A stretch of 57,181 nt of DNA from assembly GCA_016926375.1 (NCBI GenBank), contig JAFGOR010000101.1:1-57181 (forward strand), in the 5' to 3' direction. This document shows, one piece after another, positions 38,818 through 48,657 of the stretch. This stretch comes from Bacteroidales bacterium (GTDB taxonomy: Bacteria > Bacteroidota > Bacteroidia > Bacteroidales > UBA10428). Under the pieces are notes generated by a model. That model had not been told where the DNA came from. It saw nothing but the letters and a program-made list of their open reading frames with translations, and did no database searches. The translations under genes were made by a program, and so were the position numbers. How positions within the stretch are numbered: position 1 is the stretch's first letter; every line of letters starts with the position of its first letter.

Positions 38818-39387
38818 TTACTGCTCAGTTAGGAGATATTTTTCATTCAGGTGCTCCTTGAGGTATCGGAGTGCCCTGTATATCTGATTCTCTACCGATC
38901 GTACCGACAATCCCAGGCGATCGGCAATTTCCTGGTGCGACAGGCCTTCCTGCCTGCTGAGCCGGAATATCATCTGCTGCCTTAACGGAAGATTTTCGAT
39001 TAGTGTGTCAAGCATGCCCTTTAAGTCGTTAAAATAAACAGTCTGCTGGGCATGGTCATCTTCCAGTGAATTCTGAACGATTACCTGTTCAATGTATCTT
39101 TGCTTTACAGCCTTGTGCTTGAAGTAATTATAAATTCTGTTGGTAACCGCTTTGTAGAGGTAATTTTTAAGCGAGTTGTCTTCCTCCAGGTTCAAGCGGT
39201 TTTCCCAGAGTGCAACAAACAATCCCTGGATGATTTCTTCAGTTTCTGCTACAGAACGCACATAACCCAAAGTAAAGAAATACAACTTTTCCTTATACTC
39301 ATCAAAGACCAGCTCAAAGGCTTCAATATCCCCATTCTTGAGCTTTGTGATCAGGTGCAGTTCTTCTTTTATGAACTTGGAACTCAA
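38818..39387 (-). CDS. ECF RNA polymerase sigma-70 factor
   Basis: GD..AF; EEIIQ.LF..LWE; LP.RQ..IF.LSR.EGLS..EIA..L..S.R.VE; TTG start; -7 box at 39430-39437. Confidence 0.92.
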   Translation of the reverse strand: MSSKFIKEELHLITKLKNGDIEAFELVFDEYKEKLYFFTLGYVRSVAETEEIIQGLFVALWENRLNLEEDNSLKNYLYKAVTNRIYNYFKHKAVKQRYIEQVIVQNSLEDDHAQQTVYFNDLKGMLDTLIENLPLRQQMIFRLSRQEGLSHQEIADRLGLSVRSVENQIYRALRYLKEHLNEKYLLTEQ

Positions 39388-39675
39388 AGTCTAATTAGTT
39401 AGGGTTAATTAGCTTGTTTTCGACCAGAACAAATATACTATTTTATCAGATAATAATACAATAATATCAAAAAAGTAATTGTAAAAAGTACAAATACCCG
39501 CGTACTACTTATTAAATTACAGAATAAGAGACAGATATGAAATAGTAAAATTCCAGGCAGGGTCGTAAAACGCATATTCCCGGATTGTCATCCTGACTAA
39601 AAGGCGGTTCGGTTGGAACCGTTAATCGGACATCCGAAAGCGTATGGTTTTGGTTATATTTTTAGTCAAAAACTG

Positions 39676-39827
39676 TTGGAAAATTCCGGTTTATTTTATA
39701 CCTTTATTTAAGATTTATATGCAAATCCCATAGAGATTTGCTCTTAAATTAGGTCTTATTGACCTGTACAGCGCAACTGGTTTTGCGACTGTTTTATGCC
39801 CGGCACTTTTGCCGGGCTTATTATTTT
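39676..39827 (+). ncRNA. Candidate ~115-nt four-hairpin small RNA with promoter and terminator
   Basis: TTG-N20-TACCTTTA promoter-like sequence; hairpins GCAAATC/GATTTGC, AGGTC/GACCT, ACAG.CGCAA/TTGCG.CTGT and GCCCGGCA/TGCCGGGC plus T-rich tail; no + strand gene feeds the terminator. Confidence 0.45.
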
Positions 39828-39946
39828 CTGCCCATAAAGTCCCATTTGGTTCGTTACGCTTGTCCGAAAATTGCTCATTTACAAGTAGTAAACTCCGCAT
39901 TTTCGGACTGCGCAAGCCTTGCAAATGGAACTCTCTGAGCAGACTC
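39828..39946. mobile_element. ERIC-like palindromic repeat/MITE, copy 1
   Basis: 104/110 identical to 57072-57181; long imperfect hairpin; ERIC-like core motifs. Confidence 0.75.
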
Positions 39947-40009
39947 ATGTTCAATTTAGCATGCTGCTTGTTTTATTCACCTAATTATTTATTGAGGAAT
40001 CTGATCAGG

Positions 40010-40384
40010 CTAAATATTACCCTGATAAGATGCGGCAAGTTCAAACGCTTTTCCTTGTAACTTATTAACGAGCAATTCAATAAGTTTTACATAGATCCGG
40101 ATTGATCTTTTGGATTTGAGCAGTCCTGCCAGTGCAAAAATTCCTGCATTTCCAAATGCATACCGGACATTGTTCAGATGCATACGTTCCTCGCAGTTCA
40201 AAGCAAGCATAGCCTCCTCCGGAAAAAGATCTGGGTTTGATTCAACCAGCCTGTAAATGGTTTCCGTATCTGTTTCAAACAATTCAGCAATATCAGAATC
40301 AATGAATACCTCCTTGTTTCTGATTACCTTAACACGTTCGGCAATAAATGAATCCAACCCCATAACTGAGATATTTTCTGTCAT
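40010..40384 (-). CDS. ORF6N domain-containing protein
   Basis: I.VIR..EV.ID.DIAELF..T......V..N...FP and YAF...G...LAG.LKS patterns; -7 box TACCTTTG at 40403-40410 supports the MTENI start. Confidence 0.75.
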   Translation of the reverse strand: MTENISVMGLDSFIAERVKVIRNKEVFIDSDIAELFETDTETIYRLVESNPDLFPEEAMLALNCEERMHLNNVRYAFGNAGIFALAGLLKSKRSIRIYVKLIELLVNKLQGKAFELAASYQGNI

Positions 40385-40609
40385 AATGGTTTTGGTGTTG
40401 ACCAAAGGTAATTAAATATTTTCACAAGGGAAATTTATCAAATATTAATCTTACATTTCTTGTTATTTACTGTTTGGGATTGATAACCACATCAATCCAC
40501 ATCCTTGGTTATCTGTAACCCGAAGAAAAATGGAAACCTGTTCGCATGACTTTTATTATGAAATGAAACGATGCTTTTTAATACATTTGATCAAACGTGA
40601 TGATTTGCC

Positions 40610-42667
40610 ATGATCAATAAATTCTTAATCAGTCCGGACAGCATTGTAGTGGTTGGGGGTTCAAACAACCTGAGAAAGCCGGGAGGCAGAATTCTGCAGA
40701 ATATGCTGTTGGGGGGCTATGCCGGCCGGCTTTATGTGGTTAATCCAAAGGACGAGCTGGTTCAGGGTATCAGGTCTTACGCAGACATGAATGGGCTCCC
40801 TGATGTGGAACTGGCCATTTTGGCCATCGCAGCACAACAATGTGTTGATGCCGTGAGGATTCTTTTGGAGCAGAAGAATACAAAGGCCTTTATCATACTT
40901 TCAGCCGGTTTTAGCGAGGATAGTGAAGAGGGCCGTTTAATGGAAAAGGAAATTGTAGCCATGGCAGAGAAAGCAGGGGCCTGTGTTATTGGTCCCAATT
41001 GCATTGGGGTGATTACCCCGGCCTATAACGGGGTGTTTACCACTCCGGTTCCCAGGCTGAGTGCCGGGGGTTGTGATTTTGCTTCCGGCTCTGGAGCAAC
41101 TGCTGTTTTTATAATTGAGTCTTCACTTCCCAAGGGACTTACATTTTCAAGTGTTTTTTCGGTAGGCAACAGCGCACAAACCGGGATTGAAGACATTCTG
41201 GAATACTGGGACAATTCATACCGTCACGGAATAAGCTCGCCAATCAAGCTGCTCTATATCGAAAACATAAAAGAACCGGATAAGTTGCTGCATCATGCTT
41301 CATCGCTGATACGCAAAGGTTGTCATATTGCTGCAATAAAAGCCGGAACCACCGAGGCCGGAAGCCGTGCTGCATCTTCCCATACCGGCGCCATGGCATC
41401 GGCAGATTCAGCTGTTGAAGCACTTTTCAGAAAGGCTGGAATTGTCAGGTGTTTTGGAAGGGAAGAACTCACCACGGTGGCTTCTGTTTTTACCCACAAG
41501 CCGGTGAAAGGCAAAAATATTGCCATCATCACCCATGCAGGCGGGCCGGCGGTTATGCTTACCGATGCCTTATCGGCCGGCGGGTTGAGCATTCCCCGGA
41601 TTACCGGCGAGCACCACGAAAAAATGCTGGGCATGATGAATCCCGGAGCATCGGCTGACAACCCGGTAGATCTGATTGCCACTGCAACACCTGAGCAACT
41701 GGGCAATGTGATTGAATATGCCGACAAGCATTTGCAGGAGATTGACAGCATCATGGTCATCTTTGGCAGCAATGGCATGGTTGATATACAAGAAATATAT
41801 GAATTGCTTCACCGGAAAATCAGGGAATGCACCAAACCCATATTCCCAATCCTTCCATCGGTTACGAGCACACGGGAGGAACTGGAATATTTTATGAATT
41901 TGGGGAATGTGAACTTTCCTGATGAGGTTGTTCTGGGTCGTGCGCTGACAAAGATTTTCAACACGCCGTACCCTGCTGAAGAAAAGATTCATGCAGACGA
42001 TGTCAATCTTCCGGTGATACGGATAATAATCGAACAGGCACCAAACGGATACCTGGAGCCGGGAATCATTCAACAACTGCTTTCGGCAGCAGGCATACCT
42101 ATGGTTAAAGAAGTCGTGGCATCCAACACGAGGATGCTGAATAAACTGGCAGGTGAAATTGGTTACCCAATGGCACTGAAGGTTGTGGGTCCGGTACATA
42201 AATCGGATGTGGGCGGGGTTACCCTGAATATCAAATCAGATGCCCACCTGAAAGCGGAATTCAAACGCATGACGAAAATCAAAGGAGTTCATGCTGTGCT
42301 GATGCAGAAAATGCTTCACGGAACAGAACTCTTTATTGGCGCCAGCTATGAACCCCGGTTCGGGCATGTAATCCTTTGCGGATTGGGAGGAATCTTCGTT
42401 GAGGTACTGGGAGATGTGTCGTCAGGCCTGGCACCCCTTACATTTGATGAGGCACAATCGATGATCAGAAGTTTGCGCGTATACCGGATCATTCAGGGTA
42501 CCCGGGGAAAGCCGGGAATCAATGAGAAAAAATTCACGGAAATCATAGTCCGGTTGTCCACCCTGTTGCGATACGCAACTGAAATAAAAGAAATGGACCT
42601 GAATCCCCTCATTGGAAATGCCGATGAGATAACGGTTGTGGATGCACGAATCCGGATTGAAAAGTGA
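40610..42667 (+). CDS. ADP-forming acetate/acyl-CoA ligase (fused alpha-beta)
   Basis: GPNC.G, SHTGA (phospho-His), NPVD, HKSDVGGV and MDLNP..DARI motifs; -7 box at 40582-40589. Confidence 0.9.
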   Translation: MINKFLISPDSIVVVGGSNNLRKPGGRILQNMLLGGYAGRLYVVNPKDELVQGIRSYADMNGLPDVELAILAIAAQQCVDAVRILLEQKNTKAFIILSAGFSEDSEEGRLMEKEIVAMAEKAGACVIGPNCIGVITPAYNGVFTTPVPRLSAGGCDFASGSGATAVFIIESSLPKGLTFSSVFSVGNSAQTGIEDILEYWDNSYRHGISSPIKLLYIENIKEPDKLLHHASSLIRKGCHIAAIKAGTTEAGSRAASSHTGAMASADSAVEALFRKAGIVRCFGREELTTVASVFTHKPVKGKNIAIITHAGGPAVMLTDALSAGGLSIPRITGEHHEKMLGMMNPGASADNPVDLIATATPEQLGNVIEYADKHLQEIDSIMVIFGSNGMVDIQEIYELLHRKIRECTKPIFPILPSVTSTREELEYFMNLGNVNFPDEVVLGRALTKIFNTPYPAEEKIHADDVNLPVIRIIIEQAPNGYLEPGIIQQLLSAAGIPMVKEVVASNTRMLNKLAGEIGYPMALKVVGPVHKSDVGGVTLNIKSDAHLKAEFKRMTKIKGVHAVLMQKMLHGTELFIGASYEPRFGHVILCGLGGIFVEVLGDVSSGLAPLTFDEAQSMIRSLRVYRIIQGTRGKPGINEKKFTEIIVRLSTLLRYATEIKEMDLNPLIGNADEITVVDARIRIEK

Positions 42668-42751
42668 ATTGCAAATACTTTTTTAGGTATACCGTTATCT
42701 ATTTTTTTTACATTTGAACTTTTTTATACAGAATTTATAAAATTTCAGGTT

Positions 42752-43177
42752 ATGATTATTCACCAGCTGTCTGTATTCCTCGAAAATAAATCGGGAAGGC
42801 TTACCGAAGTGCTCAATGCACTCGGAAGTGAGAATATCCGGATAACGGCGTTGAGTGTGGCCGACACTTCTGAATTCGGAATACTCAGGATGATTGTTTC
42901 TGATCCGCAGAAAGCCAGAGATATCCTGAAAAACCGACAGTTTGCGGTTAACCTTACCGATGTCATCTCCATTATGGCGCCCAGCGAAGCCAAATACTAT
43001 GCCATGGTATTAAAAATTCTTTCTGACCTGGAAATCAGCATTGAATACACCTACGCTTTTTCAGTAGGTGAAAAATCAGTCATCATTCTTCGCAGCAGCA
43101 ATACCGACGAGGCAATCAAAGCATTGAAGGCACACGAGATGGAATTAATCAAGGCAAGTGACTTGTATAAAATATGA
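42752..43177 (+). CDS. ACT-domain amino-acid-binding protein
   Basis: QLSVFLENKSGRL..V...NI.ALSVADTSEFGILRMIV; -7 box at 42709-42716. Confidence 0.9.
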   Translation: MIIHQLSVFLENKSGRLTEVLNALGSENIRITALSVADTSEFGILRMIVSDPQKARDILKNRQFAVNLTDVISIMAPSEAKYYAMVLKILSDLEISIEYTYAFSVGEKSVIILRSSNTDEAIKALKAHEMELIKASDLYKI

Positions 43178-43182
43178 TATAA

Positions 43183-44484
43183 ATGGAGATCTGGAACAGA
43201 CATTTCGAATGCATGGAACGTGATGAACTGAAAAAGGTTCAGAGCGAAAGACTTAGAGAAACGATTGAACGTGTGTATTACAATGTGCCTTTTTATCGCA
43301 ACAAAATGCAGGCAGCCGGACTGGGTCCTGAAAGCATCCGGACGACCGATGATCTGCACAAGCTGCCTTTTACCACCAAGCAGGATTTGCGCGACAATTA
43401 TCCCTTCGGGCTTTTTGCCGTTCCCATGAGTGAGATTGTGAGGGTTCATGCATCTTCGGGCACTACGGGCAAGCCTACTGTTGTTGGCTACACGCGCCGG
43501 GATATTTCAACATGGTCGGAGGTAATGGCGCGCACATTAACATGTGCAGGTGCCGACCGCAACGATTTTATACATATTGCCTATGGCTATGGCCTGTTCA
43601 CAGGTGGCCTGGGGCTTCATTACGGGGGTGAAAAAATTGGTGCTTCGGTTATTCCGGTATCAGGGGGCAATACAATCAGGCAATTACAATTGCTGGTTGA
43701 TTTCGGCGGCACCGTGCTCGCCTGTACTCCTTCATATGCCCTTTTTCTGTCCGAAGCTATTGAGGAAGCTAAAATCAACAGAGACGATCTGAAACTCAGG
43801 GTAGGGGTCTTTGGTGCAGAGCCGTGGACCGAAAATATGCGCCGCGAAATTGAAGAGAAACTTCGAATCAAGGCTATTGATATATACGGGTTGAGTGAGG
43901 TTATCGGACCCGGTGTGGCCAGTGAATGCCTCATTCAGGATGGACTTCACATCAGCGAAGATCATTTTTATCCGGAAATCATTGATCCGAACACCCTTGA
44001 GGTATTGCCCGAGGGGAAAACCGGGGAACTGGTTTTTACTACCATCACCAAGGAAGGGTTGCCACTGATCCGGTATCGCACACGCGACCTGACCCGACTT
44101 CGTTATGAAAGATGCCGGTGTGGCCGCACTACGGTAAGAATGGAAAAATGCCTCGGACGCAGTGATGACATGCTGATTATCCGTGGTGTCAATTTGTTCC
44201 CGTCGCAGGTTGAAAGCGTGCTGCTTGAAATGAGTGAAATCAAACCCCATTACCTTTTGGTTGTAGACCGGGTGAATAACCTGGATACCCTGGAGCTCCA
44301 GGTTGAGGTGGATGAAGCCTTTTTCCAGGATAAGATCAGCCAGCTTCAGACGCTCCGTCAGAAAATTCAGACAAACCTGGAAAGCACCCTTGGGCTGGGT
44401 ATTAAGGTAAACCTGGTGGAGCCAAAAACTATTGAAAGAAGTGAAGGCAAAGCCAAAAGGGTAATCGACAAACGTAAGTTATAA
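43183..44484 (+). CDS. paaK: Phenylacetate-CoA ligase
   Basis: [39 protein letters not shown] and GKAKR motifs. Confidence 0.92.
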   Translation: MEIWNRHFECMERDELKKVQSERLRETIERVYYNVPFYRNKMQAAGLGPESIRTTDDLHKLPFTTKQDLRDNYPFGLFAVPMSEIVRVHASSGTTGKPTVVGYTRRDISTWSEVMARTLTCAGADRNDFIHIAYGYGLFTGGLGLHYGGEKIGASVIPVSGGNTIRQLQLLVDFGGTVLACTPSYALFLSEAIEEAKINRDDLKLRVGVFGAEPWTENMRREIEEKLRIKAIDIYGLSEVIGPGVASECLIQDGLHISEDHFYPEIIDPNTLEVLPEGKTGELVFTTITKEGLPLIRYRTRDLTRLRYERCRCGRTTVRMEKCLGRSDDMLIIRGVNLFPSQVESVLLEMSEIKPHYLLVVDRVNNLDTLELQVEVDEAFFQDKISQLQTLRQKIQTNLESTLGLGIKVNLVEPKTIERSEGKAKRVIDKRKL

Positions 44485-44499
44485 GAGTTTTCAACTTGT

Positions 44500-45819
44500 A
44501 TGATGGTTAAAAGCTTTCCAATACCTGACGATTTGATCAACAGGATCGCTGCTGAATCAGGGATATCTTCCCCGGGCAAGGCTTCAATCCGCGAAATTGT
44601 TCATCTCGCCAACCGGCTTGAAAAAGAAACAGGTGTCCGGTTTATCCGCATGGAGATGGGTGTGCCCGGTCTGAAGCCTCCTGAAATTGCTACACAGGCC
44701 GAAACAAATGCACTTAAACAGGGAGTGGCATCTATATACCCACCCATTGAAGGAGTAGCTTCACTGAAGGCTGAAACCTCAAGATTTCTGAAGCTTTTTC
44801 TGGATATCGACGTGAAAGCAGAAGGCTGTATCCCCACATGCGGTTCCATGCAGGGTTCATGTGCCGGCTTCCTTACGGTTAACCGAACCAACAGGAATAA
44901 GGAAGGTACCTTGTTCATTGATCCGGGTTTTCCGGTTCATAAGCAGCAATGCCGGGTGCTTGGACATGATTTTTATTCATTTGATATATATGATTACAGG
45001 GGAAGTAAGCTCAGGGATAAATTAAAGAGTTATCTTGATACGGGCAAGATATCGAGCTTGTTGTATTCCAATCCAAACAATCCTTCGTGGATTTGTCTGA
45101 ATGAAGAGGAACTTTCCGTGATTGGTGAAATGGCCAATCAGTATGATGTAGTTGTAATGGAAGATCTGGCCTACTTTGGTATGGATTTCCGCCGGGATAT
45201 TTCAAAGCCGGGAATGCCACCCTTTCAGCCCACCGTTGCAAAATATACCGATAATTATGTTCTGCTGATATCCACATCCAAGGTTTTTAGCTATGCCGGA
45301 CAGCGTATGGCCATGATGGCTGTGGCGGATAAAATTTTCCATAAGAAATTTCCCGACCTGTTGCGTTATTTTTCAACTGATATACTGGGACATAGCATTA
45401 TTTATGGTGCCCTGTATGCTTTATCAGCAGGGGCGTCTCATTCGGCTCAACTGGCTGTGGCGGATCTTCTGAAGGCAACAAATGATGGTGTGTACAATCC
45501 ATTTAAGGAGATCAGAAAATACGGGGAATGGGCATCGCATATGAAGGAGTTGTTTACAACCAATGGTTTCAGAATTGTTTACAATATGGATATGAATGTT
45601 CCCATTGCCGATGGCTTCTATTTCACGGTGTCGTATCCGGGCCTCAGTGGTTCACAATTGCTCGAAGAGTTATTGCGTTATGGCATCAGTGCCATTACGT
45701 TGGATATTACCGGCAGCACACGAACAGAAGGTCTGCGGATTTGCGTGTCGCAGTTCAGCGATGAACTGGTTCCGGTGCTTGCAGAAAGACTGAACAGATT
45801 TGGCAGGGATCATAGTTGA
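44500..45819 (+). CDS. PLP-dependent aminotransferase class I/II
   Basis: NPNNP, ED.AY and S.SK..S.AGQR motifs. Confidence 0.88.
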   Translation: MMVKSFPIPDDLINRIAAESGISSPGKASIREIVHLANRLEKETGVRFIRMEMGVPGLKPPEIATQAETNALKQGVASIYPPIEGVASLKAETSRFLKLFLDIDVKAEGCIPTCGSMQGSCAGFLTVNRTNRNKEGTLFIDPGFPVHKQQCRVLGHDFYSFDIYDYRGSKLRDKLKSYLDTGKISSLLYSNPNNPSWICLNEEELSVIGEMANQYDVVVMEDLAYFGMDFRRDISKPGMPPFQPTVAKYTDNYVLLISTSKVFSYAGQRMAMMAVADKIFHKKFPDLLRYFSTDILGHSIIYGALYALSAGASHSAQLAVADLLKATNDGVYNPFKEIRKYGEWASHMKELFTTNGFRIVYNMDMNVPIADGFYFTVSYPGLSGSQLLEELLRYGISAITLDITGSTRTEGLRICVSQFSDELVPVLAERLNRFGRDHS

Positions 45820-45943
45820 TTTTTGTTATTTTTGGAATTGTCAAAAACTGACTTTAAGCTTGTTTTTTCTGGTTTAAGATTTGGAAATTTGGCTGACAAA
45901 CTTTTTTGGTTCGATTTTGTTCTTTTAATAATGAGATAAACAC

Positions 45944-46174
45944 ATGGCGAAAATAAAAGGTGCTATAGTCATCGATATTGAAAGGTGCAAAGGATGTGAA
46001 GTGTGCATCGTTTCTTGTCCCACCGGAGTCATCAGGCTCGAAAAGAAAGTAAATGGCAAGGGCTATCATTTTGCATACCCGGCATTGCCGGATAATTGCA
46101 CCGGTTGCGCAAATTGCGCAGTAGTATGCCCCGACGGGGTGATTACGGTTTACCGAAAAAAAGTAGAAGAATAA
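45944..46174 (+). CDS. 2[4Fe-4S] ferredoxin subunit of 2-oxoacid:ferredoxin oxidoreductase
   Basis: CKGCEVCIVSCP and CTGCANCAVVCP motifs. Confidence 0.92.
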   Translation: MAKIKGAIVIDIERCKGCEVCIVSCPTGVIRLEKKVNGKGYHFAYPALPDNCTGCANCAVVCPDGVITVYRKKVEE

Positions 46175-46186
46175 ATTACAAACTCT

Positions 46187-47257
46187 ATGGGAGAAAAGAA
46201 ATTAATGAAGGGCAATGAGGCATTTGCTGAGGCCGCCATCAGGTCGGGATGTGATGCTTATTTTGGGTACCCCATTACTCCCCAGTCGGAAGTTATGGAA
46301 TACCTGGCTGCACAACAGCCTCATTTGCGCACAGGCATGGTTTTACTGCAGGCCGAAAGCGAAGTAGCCGCAATTAATATGGTATACGGAGCCGCCGGAA
46401 CAGGGAAAAAAGTGATGACATCCTCATCAAGTCCGGGTATCAGCCTCAAACAGGAAGGCATTTCCTACCTGGTAGGAAGTGAATTACCCTGCCTGATACT
46501 CAATGTAGTTCGTGGTGGTCCCGGACTGGGAACCATTCAGCCCTCACAGGCAGATTATTTTCAGTCGACCAAAGGCGGAGGCCATGGCGATTACCGGATG
46601 ATAGTACTGGCCCCGGCCTCGGTGCAGGAAATGTCGGATTTTGTTAAGTTGGGGTTTGACCTGGCTTTTAAATATAGAAATCCTGTTTTAATGCTGTCAG
46701 ATGGCATTATCGGCCAGATGATGGAACAGGTTGAGCTGTTTGAACAGATGCCCAGGGCCACCGAGTTTGACCAAACCTGGGCGACAACAGGTAAAACCCC
46801 TGACAGGGAGCGCAACATCATCACCTCGGTGAATCTTGATCCTGCAGTTCAGGAAAGGCACAATCACAAGCTTCAGGCTAAGTATCAGAAAATGCAACAG
46901 GAAGAAGTCAGATATGAGTCTTTTGATTGTGAAGATGCAGATTACCTCCTGATTGCCTATGGTTGTTCTGCACGAATTTGCCAGAAATCAGTTAAACTGG
47001 CACGAGCCAAAGGTATTAAAGCTGGTTTGCTGCGTCCCATAACGCTGTTTCCTTTTCCTACTGTTGAAATAAAGCGGCTTGCCGGCAAGGTAAAGGGTAT
47101 GATGGCTGTTGAACTCAGCGCCGGCCAAATGGTTGAGGATGTAAGACTTGCTGTCGACGGCAGGGTTCAGGTTGCATTTTATGGCAGAATGGGAGGGATG
47201 GTGCACTCACCTGAGGAAGTTGTGGATGCTTTAATAAAACATTTTTCAATTGGTTAA
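46187..47257 (+). CDS. vorB: 2-oxoisovalerate/2-oxoacid:ferredoxin oxidoreductase alpha-type subunit (VorB)
   Basis: MKGNEA, GYPITPQ, QAESE, TSSSSPG and KGGGHGD motifs. Confidence 0.88.
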   Translation: MGEKKLMKGNEAFAEAAIRSGCDAYFGYPITPQSEVMEYLAAQQPHLRTGMVLLQAESEVAAINMVYGAAGTGKKVMTSSSSPGISLKQEGISYLVGSELPCLILNVVRGGPGLGTIQPSQADYFQSTKGGGHGDYRMIVLAPASVQEMSDFVKLGFDLAFKYRNPVLMLSDGIIGQMMEQVELFEQMPRATEFDQTWATTGKTPDRERNIITSVNLDPAVQERHNHKLQAKYQKMQQEEVRYESFDCEDADYLLIAYGCSARICQKSVKLARAKGIKAGLLRPITLFPFPTVEIKRLAGKVKGMMAVELSAGQMVEDVRLAVDGRVQVAFYGRMGGMVHSPEEVVDALIKHFSIG

Positions 47258-47259
47258 TT

Positions 47260-48069
47260 ATGGAAACAAATGCAATAAAAACCAACATGCTGGTCAGCCC
47301 GGAAAACCTGGTTTATACCAAAACCCCGCTGATGACAGACAAGCCGCTTTCGTATTGTCCGGGTTGCGGACATGGCACGGTACATCGGATGATCATGGAA
47401 GTAGTTGATGAAATGGGAATTCAGGCCGACACCATTGGCATTGCTCCGGTGGGATGCTCTGTGCTGGCTTATGAATTTATGAACATCGATATGCAGCAGG
47501 CAGCACACGGGCGTGCACCGGCTCTTGCAACAGGCATTAAGCGCTGCTGGCCCGATAAATATGTGTTCACCTATCAGGGCGATGGCGACCTGGCGGCTAT
47601 TGGAACTGCCGAAACCATTCATGCCTGCAACCGCGGTGAAAACATTGCCATTTTCTTCGTTAATAATGGCATTTATGGCATGACTGGCGGCCAGATGGCC
47701 CCGACTACCCTGCCGGGTATGCGTTCATCCACAACCCCTTATGGCAGGGATGTTGCGCTTATGGGAAATCCGCTGAAAATTACGGAACTGGTGGCCATGT
47801 TACCGGGCACTTTTTATGTATCGCGACACAGTGTTCATACCCCGTTGAATGTAAGAAAATTTAAGAGGGCAGCCCGGATGGCATTTGAAAATCAAAAGCT
47901 GAACAAGGGCGTGTCTTTTATTGAGATTGTTTCCAATTGCAACTCGGGTTGGAAAATGTCTCCTGTTGACGCAAATAAATGGATGGAAGACAATATGTTC
48001 CCTTTTTATCCGCTGGGCGACATTAAGGTCAATGGCGAAATGGTGAGTAAACCAACCAAAGCAGAGTAA
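47260..48069 (+). CDS. 2-oxoacid:ferredoxin oxidoreductase TPP-binding beta subunit
   Basis: YCPGCGH, HGRA and GDGD...NNGIYGMTGGQ motifs. Confidence 0.92.
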   Translation: METNAIKTNMLVSPENLVYTKTPLMTDKPLSYCPGCGHGTVHRMIMEVVDEMGIQADTIGIAPVGCSVLAYEFMNIDMQQAAHGRAPALATGIKRCWPDKYVFTYQGDGDLAAIGTAETIHACNRGENIAIFFVNNGIYGMTGGQMAPTTLPGMRSSTTPYGRDVALMGNPLKITELVAMLPGTFYVSRHSVHTPLNVRKFKRAARMAFENQKLNKGVSFIEIVSNCNSGWKMSPVDANKWMEDNMFPFYPLGDIKVNGEMVSKPTKAE

Positions 48070-48086
48070 TTTCAAATAGAAAAATC

Positions 48087-48632
48087 ATGAATGAAGAAAT
48101 TATAATTGCCGGTTTCGGCGGACAAGGCGTTCTATCCCTGGGTAAAATTCTGGCCTACTCCGGAATGATGCAACAAATGGAAGTAAGCTGGATGCCCTCC
48201 TATGGTCCCGAAATGAGGGGCGGAACAGCAAACGTTACCGTAATTCTGAGCGATGAGCGAATCAGCAGTCCGATTCTTAAACAATATGACACGGCCATTA
48301 TTCTGAATCAGCAATCAATGGACAAGTTTGAATCCTCTGTAAAACCGGGAGGCATTTTGATTTATGATTCAAATGGCATCACCCGGCATCCGCAGCGGAA
48401 AGATATTCAGATTTATGTGATTGATGCGGCTTCTGAATCTGCAAAGATGTCTTCTACCAAAACTTTTAACATGATTGTGCTGGGAGCCTACCTGAAAATT
48501 AAACCTGTAGTTACTATCGAAAACGTGATCAAAGGTCTTAAAAGCTCCCTTCCGGAGCGGCACCACCACCTGATTCCTGAAAATGAAGAGGCTATTAAAC
48601 GCGGAATGGAATATATTAAGAAAGTGGCCTGA
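48087..48632 (+). CDS. 2-oxoacid:ferredoxin oxidoreductase gamma subunit
   Basis: AGFGGQG, SYGPEMRGG and NMIVLGA motifs. Confidence 0.92.
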   Translation: MNEEIIIAGFGGQGVLSLGKILAYSGMMQQMEVSWMPSYGPEMRGGTANVTVILSDERISSPILKQYDTAIILNQQSMDKFESSVKPGGILIYDSNGITRHPQRKDIQIYVIDAASESAKMSSTKTFNMIVLGAYLKIKPVVTIENVIKGLKSSLPERHHHLIPENEEAIKRGMEYIKKVA

Positions 48633-48657
48633 GAAAAGTATCGTTTCGATTATAAAT

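Noticed and set aside
39715-40060. ORFs 39715-39954 and 39809-40060 (and 56968-57168) sharing QGLRSPKMRSLL or its antisense
   Set aside because: The similarity comes from translating the ERIC-like repeat; these are not credible proteins.
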